A stretch of 63,807 nucleotides of DNA, filler included, from an uncultured Acidimicrobiia bacterium (GTDB taxonomy: Bacteria > Actinomycetota > Acidimicrobiia > Spongiisociales > JAOTWH01): assembly GCA_964347285.1 (NCBI GenBank). It is 3 parts of 3 records of this genome, joined end to end, with 100 filler letters (N's around TTAATTAATTAA, not from the genome) between each part and the next. Parts side by side here need not be neighbours in the genome. Positions count along the whole stretch, not along the records: positions 44,561 to 63,807 come from CAYFYE010000047.1; 2 more parts are not named here. The stretch is one strand, 5' to 3'. The notes under the pieces were generated by a model, which was not told the DNA's origin, did no database searches, and was given only the letters and a program-made list of their open reading frames with translations. Of the stretch, positions 57,804 through 63,807 are shown one piece after another. Positions within the stretch are counted from its first letter, which is position 1; every line of letters begins with the position of its first letter. The position numbers were made by a program, and so were the translations under genes.

Positions 57804-60086
57804 GTGAACCAGGCAATGGCACTGCTCGATCAGGCCGAGGCGAGCACGATCTACCGCCGGTATCCAGACCGCATTGCTCACGCCCGAGAGCGTTTTGGGC
57901 GACCGCTGACGTTGGTGGAGAAGGTGCTGTACGCCCATCTGGCCGACCACACCGTGGCCGATCTGGAACGAGGGATCACGTACACCTACTTCAACCCGGA
58001 CCGGGTGGCCATGCAGGACGCCACCGGGCAGATGGCACTCCTCCAGTTCATGCTGGCGGGTCGGGACCAGGTGGCGGTCCCCACGACCGTCCATTGCGAC
58101 CATTTGATACGTGCCCACGAGGGGGCGGGCGACGACCTCGAGACGGCTCTGGCCGAGAACTTCGAGGTGTACGAGTTCCTGAGAACGGCATCAGAGAAGT
58201 ACGGCATCGGATTCTGGAAGCCGGGGGCGGGAATCATCCACCAGGTCGTGCTCGAGAACTATGCCTTCCCGGGCGCCATGATGATCGGCACCGACAGCCA
58301 CACCCCCAACGCCGGCGGACTTGGCATGATCGCCATCGGGGTCGGCGGTGCCGACGCCGTCGACGTGATGGCCGGTCTCCCGTGGGGACTGCGCTATCCC
58401 AAGCTGATCGGCGTCCATCTGACCGGGTCGTTGTCGGGCTGGACGGCGCCCAAGGACGTGATTCTGAAGGTGGCCGAGTTGCTCACCGTCAAGGGCGGTA
58501 CGGGAGCCATCCTGGAGTATTTCGGACCCGGGGCGGCGTCGGTCAGCGCCACCGGCAAGGCGACCATCACCAACATGGGAGCGGAAATCGGGGCCACGAC
58601 TTCGGTCTTTCCGTACGACGAGCGTATGTCCGCCTACCTGCAGGCCACCGATCGGGGGGCCGTGGCCGAACTGGCCGATGGCTACGCCGAGTTCCTCACC
58701 GCCGACCACGAGGTGGCCGACGACCCCGAGCAGTTCTACGACCGGGTCATCGAAATCGACCTCGATGCCCTCCAGCCGCACGTAGTCGGGCCGCACACTC
58801 CCGACCTGGCCCGTCCCATCTCCCGACTCGGGGCCGATGCGGTCGAGAGCGACTACCCGGTCGAGATCTCCAGCGCCCTCATCGGTTCCTGCACGAACAG
58901 CTCCTACGAAGACATGGGTCGGGCTGCCCATGTAGCCGAGCAAGCCATCACACACGGAGCCAAGGTCCAGACGCCCCTCCTGGCCACTCCGGGATCGGAG
59001 CAGATCAGGGCAACGATCCAACGGGACGGCCAGCTCCGGGCCCTGGAAGAGATCGGAGCGGTGGTGCTGGCCAACGCCTGCGGTCCGTGCATCGGGCAAT
59101 GGAAGCGGAACGACATCTCCGAGGGAGAGCGCAACAGCATCGTCACCTCGTACAACCGCAACTTCCCCCGCCGCAACGACGGCAACTCGGAGACGCTGGC
59201 CTTCATCGGAAGCCCGGAGGTCGTGGTCGCCTTGGCTTTGGCCGGCCGGCTCGACTTCAATCCGCTGACCGACGAGCTCGCCGGAGCCGAAGGGCCCTTC
59301 CGGCTGGAGCCGCCCGAGGCCCCCGAGTTTCCCCAGGCCGGCTTCGATCCGGGCGAATCCGGCTACATACCGCCCGCCGGCGACGGAGGTGTCGTCGACG
59401 TCGTCGTCGACCCTGGGTCGGACCGCTTGGCCTTGCTGAAACCGTTCCCGGGCTGGGACGGCCGAGACCTCGAGAACCTGGCCGTGTTGGTCAAGGCGCA
59501 GGGTAAGTGCACCACCGACCACATTTCCCCGGCCGGCCCCTGGCTGCGCTTTCGGGGCCACCTGGACAACATCTCCAACAACATGTTCATCGGCGCCCAC
59601 AACGCCTTCACCGGCAAGTACGGGTCGGGCCTCGACATCCTCGACGGCGACTACAAGGACTTCAGCGAGGTGGCTCGACATTACCGAGCCGAGGGATTGG
59701 GCTGGGTGGCGGTGGGTGACGAGAACTACGGGGAAGGGTCGAGCCGGGAGCATGCCGCAATGGAGCCGCGCCATCTGGGGTGCAAGGCGGTCATCGCTCG
59801 CTCGTTTGCCCGGATCCACGAAACCAACCTCAAGAAGCAGGGCATCTTGCCGTTGACGTTCACGGACCCGGCCGACTACGACAAGGTCGGAGAGCGGGAC
59901 CGGATCTCGATCATGGGGCTTCGCGATCTGGCACCGGGCCGTACGCTCAAAGTGGTGATTCGCCATCCCGATGGCTCCAAGGACGAGATCGAGGCCGACC
60001 ACACGATGGCCCAGGACCAGATTCCGTGGTTCCGCCACGGAAGCGCTCTCAACTACATCGCCGCCCAGAATCGCCGGGAGGTGTAG
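57804..60086 (+). CDS. Aconitate hydratase, mitochondrial-like subtype
   Basis: [72 protein letters not shown]; start GTG 57804 or ATG 57816. Confidence 0.95.
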   Translation: MNQAMALLDQAEASTIYRRYPDRIAHARERFGRPLTLVEKVLYAHLADHTVADLERGITYTYFNPDRVAMQDATGQMALLQFMLAGRDQVAVPTTVHCDHLIRAHEGAGDDLETALAENFEVYEFLRTASEKYGIGFWKPGAGIIHQVVLENYAFPGAMMIGTDSHTPNAGGLGMIAIGVGGADAVDVMAGLPWGLRYPKLIGVHLTGSLSGWTAPKDVILKVAELLTVKGGTGAILEYFGPGAASVSATGKATITNMGAEIGATTSVFPYDERMSAYLQATDRGAVAELADGYAEFLTADHEVADDPEQFYDRVIEIDLDALQPHVVGPHTPDLARPISRLGADAVESDYPVEISSALIGSCTNSSYEDMGRAAHVAEQAITHGAKVQTPLLATPGSEQIRATIQRDGQLRALEEIGAVVLANACGPCIGQWKRNDISEGERNSIVTSYNRNFPRRNDGNSETLAFIGSPEVVVALALAGRLDFNPLTDELAGAEGPFRLEPPEAPEFPQAGFDPGESGYIPPAGDGGVVDVVVDPGSDRLALLKPFPGWDGRDLENLAVLVKAQGKCTTDHISPAGPWLRFRGHLDNISNNMFIGAHNAFTGKYGSGLDILDGDYKDFSEVARHYRAEGLGWVAVGDENYGEGSSREHAAMEPRHLGCKAVIARSFARIHETNLKKQGILPLTFTDPADYDKVGERDRISIMGLRDLAPGRTLKVVIRHPDGSKDEIEADHTMAQDQIPWFRHGSALNYIAAQNRREV

Positions 60087-60124
60087 GTAGGCGGCAGCCC
60101 CCGCTAATTTTGGCGGGACACGCC

Positions 60125-60763
60125 ATGAACCCCGACACGACGCCGGTCGAGCCCGACCAGGGCCAACCCACCGGCCGCCGTCACCGCATCCTCCCCTGGG
60201 CGCTGGCCGCGGCAGCGGTCGTGGTCGGCGCGGCCATCTGGGCCACAACCACCGGCGCCGGCAGCGATCCGAACGGGGAGAGCGATCGTGTGGAGCAAGG
60301 GCCGATCGAGGCGGCACCGGTGCCGGAAGGGCCCATCGGGGCAGTGGACCCCTTCTTCGCCCATCCCTTCGAGGCCGATCTGTTCGACGGCACCACCTTC
60401 CGGCTCACCGAGCACCTCGCTTCCGATGGTCGGCCGGTGTTCCTCAACCTGTGGGCGTCGTGGTGTTTCCCTTGTCGGGAGGAGATGCCGGCCATCGACG
60501 CCGTGGCTGCCCGGCATCCCGAGGTCTTCTTCCTCGGGGTCGCCGTGGAGGATGATCCAACCGCAGCCGAGGACTTTGCGGCCGAGATCGGGGTGGACTA
60601 CACGCTCGGCATCGATGAAACCGGTCTGGTCGCCCAGATGTACCCCGCTCTCGGACTGCCGGCCACGTTCCTGATCACCCCCGACCAACAGGTGGTGGGG
60701 CGCTTGTTCGGGGGGGCCAGTGAGCAGACCTTCGAGGAGTTCCTCACCAACCTGAACCGTTGA
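60125..60763 (+). CDS. TlpA/ResA family disulfide reductase
   Basis: TM anchor, FLNLWASWCFPCREEMP, LGLPATFLI. Confidence 0.92.
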   Translation: MNPDTTPVEPDQGQPTGRRHRILPWALAAAAVVVGAAIWATTTGAGSDPNGESDRVEQGPIEAAPVPEGPIGAVDPFFAHPFEADLFDGTTFRLTEHLASDGRPVFLNLWASWCFPCREEMPAIDAVAARHPEVFFLGVAVEDDPTAAEDFAAEIGVDYTLGIDETGLVAQMYPALGLPATFLITPDQQVVGRLFGGASEQTFEEFLTNLNR

Positions 60764-60764
60764 G

Positions 60765-61532
60765 TCAGCGACCCGTCCACTCGGGAACGCGCTTGTCCCG
60801 AAAAGCGGCGATCCCTTCACCGGCGTCCTCGGTCAGGGCCGCGGCGGTCAAGCCGTTCTGTAGGAAGTCGAGAGCGGCGTCGAAGGGCATGTCTTCAGCG
60901 GCATAGAAGGCGTCCCGGCCCAGTCGCAGCGTTGCGGGACTCTTGGCGGCGAGCAACTCCACCACCTCGTCGACCACTTCGTCCAGCTCGGCAGCGGGAA
61001 CGACACGGGTCACTACACCCAGCTCCTGGGCCTCGGCCGCCGACAGCCGGCGCCCGGTCATCATCAGCTCCAGTGCCGGCTTGGGACCCATGGCCCGCAC
61101 CAACGCCGGCGAGATCATCATCGCCCACAGGCCGACATCGATCTCAGGGCTGCCCAAGGTGGCGTGATCGGCGGCAATGACGACGTCGCACATGGCGGCA
61201 ACGCCGAACCCGCCTGCCAGGGCATGCCCGTTCACCCGGGCCACGGTGGGCTTGCCGGCCCGGCGCAGTGCCCGCAGCAGATCGGCGAGCGCACCTCGAG
61301 CTGCGTGCAGAGCGATTGGCTCCTCGACAAAGCCGCCGGAGAGGTCGCCGCCCGCCGAGAACGCTCTGTCTCCGGCACCGGTGATGACGATCACCCGCAC
61401 CTCCGAATCGGCGGCGGCCCTGTCCACGGCTGCTCGCAAATCAGCCATGACCTTCGTGGACAGCGGATTGTGCCGCTCGGGATCGTCGATGATGACTGTG
61501 GCCTGCGGCGGGTGGGACTCGTAACGAAGCAC
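60765..61532 (-). CDS. Enoyl-CoA hydratase/isomerase family protein
   Basis: ITGAGDRAFSAGGDL, KPTVARVNGHALAGG, PEIDVG, EGIAAFRDKRVPEWTGR. Confidence 0.92.
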   Translation of the reverse strand: MLRYESHPPQATVIIDDPERHNPLSTKVMADLRAAVDRAAADSEVRVIVITGAGDRAFSAGGDLSGGFVEEPIALHAARGALADLLRALRRAGKPTVARVNGHALAGGFGVAAMCDVVIAADHATLGSPEIDVGLWAMMISPALVRAMGPKPALELMMTGRRLSAAEAQELGVVTRVVPAAELDEVVDEVVELLAAKSPATLRLGRDAFYAAEDMPFDAALDFLQNGLTAAALTEDAGEGIAAFRDKRVPEWTGR

Positions 61533-61617
61533 GGGGCCTCCTCGATGGGAAGCCGAGAGCCTACCGGCCGAGCTCTCCCCAACCCGGCGCCGGCCCTCCA
61601 CTGGTACCGTGCCTCCC

Positions 61618-62196
61618 ATGGCCTGGATCGCCATCGTGCTGGTGGCGGCGATCGCAGTGGCACTCCTGAGAGGGGGAACGCTGAGGAATCTCGCCGATAT
61701 TCCTCTGCGGGCTTGGTGGCTCCTCGTCTTCGGTGCGGCGATGCAGGTCGCGGCCGGCCTGCTGCCCGATGACCAGACATGGTCCACACGAGTCGGTGTC
61801 GGCCTGATCCTGTTCTCCTACATCCCACTCTTCGCCGTGGCGCTCCTCAACCGTGCCCAGCCGGGGATGTGGCTGGCCGGTGTGGGCATCCTCATGAACT
61901 TCACGGTGATCTCGCTGAACGGCGGCATGCCGGTCCTTCCCGAGGCGGCGGTATTGGCAGGCGCCGAGAGCTCCGACCTGGTGCTGAATGCCAAGCACGT
62001 TGTTCTCGACGAGGGGACCCGTCTGGTCTTCCTGGCCGACGTGATCCCGCTCCGCTTCTTGGGTCAGGTGATATCGGTGGGTGATGTCTTCCTCGCCCTG
62101 GGCCTGGGACAGTTCCTCGAAGGACAGTTGCGTCGCCCGACCCGCTATTTCCGGCGTACCGGCACCAGTCGGCCCGGCTCGGCGGCCGGTCAGTAG
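61618..62196 (+). CDS. DUF5317 family membrane protein
   Basis: RGG.L.NL, N....GMWL...G...N..VI..NGGMPV, LADVIP, SVGDV. Confidence 0.8.
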   Translation: MAWIAIVLVAAIAVALLRGGTLRNLADIPLRAWWLLVFGAAMQVAAGLLPDDQTWSTRVGVGLILFSYIPLFAVALLNRAQPGMWLAGVGILMNFTVISLNGGMPVLPEAAVLAGAESSDLVLNAKHVVLDEGTRLVFLADVIPLRFLGQVISVGDVFLALGLGQFLEGQLRRPTRYFRRTGTSRPGSAAGQ

Positions 62197-63410
62197 GCGA
62201 TCGTCCCACGCCGGGCCAGCACCCGCCGCAGGGAGCTCACCACCTTGGGATCGAAATCGTATGCCGCCCCCCGGTGCAACACCTCGACGGCCTCGAGAGG
62301 ATCGAGTCCCGTCTCGCTCACCGCCTGGTCGAAGGCGCTCGCCACCTTGATCACGCGGGAAGCCGTGGGGAGAGCCTCGTCGCGCTCTTCGCCGGGCTGA
62401 CGGAACGGATGGTGCTGTTGGCGGACGGCGCCGACCACCCGTCGCAGATATGGTGCTTCGGCGATGATCTCGGCCCCCCAGCGAGCGATGTCCTCGTCCG
62501 TATAGCCGGCCTTGAGAATGGCCGGCTCGTTCAACGCAATCCGTCCTATGTCGTGCATCAAGGCGGCGTATTCGAGCTCGGCCACGCGGCGGGGCTCCAA
62601 CCCCAAGTCGCGGCCTATCGCCTCGGCGATGGCGGCCGTGCGTGCGGCGTGTCCTTCGATGGCCAGCCCGGCCGCCTCCGGAATGCGGGCCAAGGCCCGG
62701 ATCGTCTGACCGTAGGTCACCCGGGTGCCCTGATAGCGGACGAAGGCGAGGTGGCTGAATCCGTACGACATCCCGGCCATGGGAATAGCCCACCAGCGCA
62801 GTACCGGAAAGGCGAGCCCGAAGAGAGCCCCGGCCGCCACCAGGCCCACCACGACCGGCCAGTCCTCGAGCCCGCGCAACCACAGGTAGCGGAAGGCGAA
62901 GTGGTCTCGCTGGTAACCGGCCACCGCTCGAACCAACGCCGAAACCATGTACCAGGTCAGCCCGGCGGCAGCCACCGCCAGCAGCTCGGCGACCTGCTGC
63001 GACAACCCGGCCTGATCCCCTCTTGCAAGCGCCCCCTGGAAAATGAGCCCGTAGCCGGCCAATCCCAGGGCGGTGGGAAGGAACTTGGTGGCCCCATCGG
63101 AAGCGCCCAACACCACCAAGCTCGACGCCAGCAGGCCGAGCGAGTAGATGGCCCCGACGGCGAAACCGTCTGGGGCCAGGAAGGGGACCGCCGCCGCCAC
63201 CGCCAGCCCGATGTCGAGGGAATCGCCGGATGGGGTGGGGACCCGAATGAGCTGGGCTGCTCCGAGCAGCGCCGCCCCCAGCAGGATCCCCCATAGGGGA
63301 GCTTCGGAGGCGGTCGCCAGCACCGAGCCGGTGCCGGCGGTGGCGGTCCACACCACCAGGGACACTCGATCGAGGCCCGAGCTAGCCGTAGATCCGATAG
63401 GCATTGGCAT
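62190..63410 (-). CDS. Membrane-bound HD-GYP-like protein (degenerate)
   Basis: Multiple TM segments, GHAART, AALMHDIGR, KVASAFD, FDPKVV; no GYP motif. Confidence 0.8.
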   Translation of the reverse strand: MPMPIGSTASSGLDRVSLVVWTATAGTGSVLATASEAPLWGILLGAALLGAAQLIRVPTPSGDSLDIGLAVAAAVPFLAPDGFAVGAIYSLGLLASSLVVLGASDGATKFLPTALGLAGYGLIFQGALARGDQAGLSQQVAELLAVAAAGLTWYMVSALVRAVAGYQRDHFAFRYLWLRGLEDWPVVVGLVAAGALFGLAFPVLRWWAIPMAGMSYGFSHLAFVRYQGTRVTYGQTIRALARIPEAAGLAIEGHAARTAAIAEAIGRDLGLEPRRVAELEYAALMHDIGRIALNEPAILKAGYTDEDIARWGAEIIAEAPYLRRVVGAVRQQHHPFRQPGEERDEALPTASRVIKVASAFDQAVSETGLDPLEAVEVLHRGAAYDFDPKVVSSLRRVLARRGTIAY

Positions 63411-63807
63411 CCGTTTCGGCAAGTCTCCTGGCCTCCTCCTCATCGGCAAGATCGAGCGATCCGTAGACCTCACCGGTCCGTTCCAGACCCCGGATCAGCG
63501 CCTTCACGGCCTCCGGATCGAATTGCGTGCCGGCGTTACGCCTCAGCTCTTCGAAGGCGTACTCCTGGGTGAGCGCCATGCGGTAGGAGCGAGTGCTCGT
63601 CATGGCATCGAATGCGTCGGCCACCGCCAGGATGCAGGCCTCTTCACCGGGCGAATCGCCGTGGACGTGGCCCGACCCTCCGTACCCGGAGCCGTCGAAG
63701 TTGGCGTGATGGCTGGAGGCGATCAGCACCATCGGTTGCAGGAAGTCCACCTCGGCCAAGAGATGTTCGACCGTGTGGACATGCGCTTGCATGACCTCAT
63801 ACTCCTC
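63382..63807 (-). CDS. HD-GYP domain protein, C-terminal part (window edge)
   Basis: HHANFDGSGYG, ILAVADAFDAMTSTRSYR, GTQFDP. Confidence 0.88.
   Translation of the reverse strand, partial: EEYEVMQAHVHTVEHLLAEVDFLQPMVLIASSHHANFDGSGYGGSGHVHGDSPGEEACILAVADAFDAMTSTRSYRMALTQEYAFEELRRNAGTQFDPEAVKALIRGLERTGEVYGSLDLADEEEARRLAETDANAYRIYG

Noticed and set aside
58191..60317. Long antisense or alternate-frame ORFs (e.g. 708 aa here, 2788-4383, 10123-11625, 61561-63351)
   Set aside because: Shadows of real high-GC genes; Arg/Pro/Gly-rich with no motifs

Overview
High-GC actinobacterial DNA; gene order and content suggest an Acidimicrobiia-like genome (inference). The window is three contigs joined by 100-nt N-TTAATTAATTAA-N linkers (22293-22392, 44461-44560), so adjacency across linkers means nothing. 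Contig 1 (1-22292) is accessory. It carries oxidoreductases, otsAB, ldhA, kup, an SQR-like enzyme, a truncated IS21, four clusters of a modular REP-like palindromic repeat (one split at its hairpin tip by an internally deleted IS481-like element), and a lipoprotein plus peptidoglycan-binding adaptor pair. Contig 2 is core: 16S rRNA 5' edge and promoter, usp, tyrS, PBP1A, mpg-argF-pheT-pheS-trmH-rplT-rpmI-infC with an L20 leader, the rib operon with an FMN riboswitch, REC-GGDEF, rpe, ppk2, fmt, def and a PhoX-like gene. Contig 3 holds thrC-hom-argS, tRNA-Arg(CCG), Ku and a LigD ligase, yqeY, whiB1 with a CRP box, mrp, a MacAB-like ABC module, a mitochondrial-type aconitase, tlpA, an enoyl-CoA hydratase and a DUF5317/HD-GYP group. 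The most striking observation is that the ABC ATPase of the MacAB-like module carries both IF2_N subdomains of translation initiation factor 2 at its N-terminus. All family assignments come from motif recognition by eye; no database search was run.
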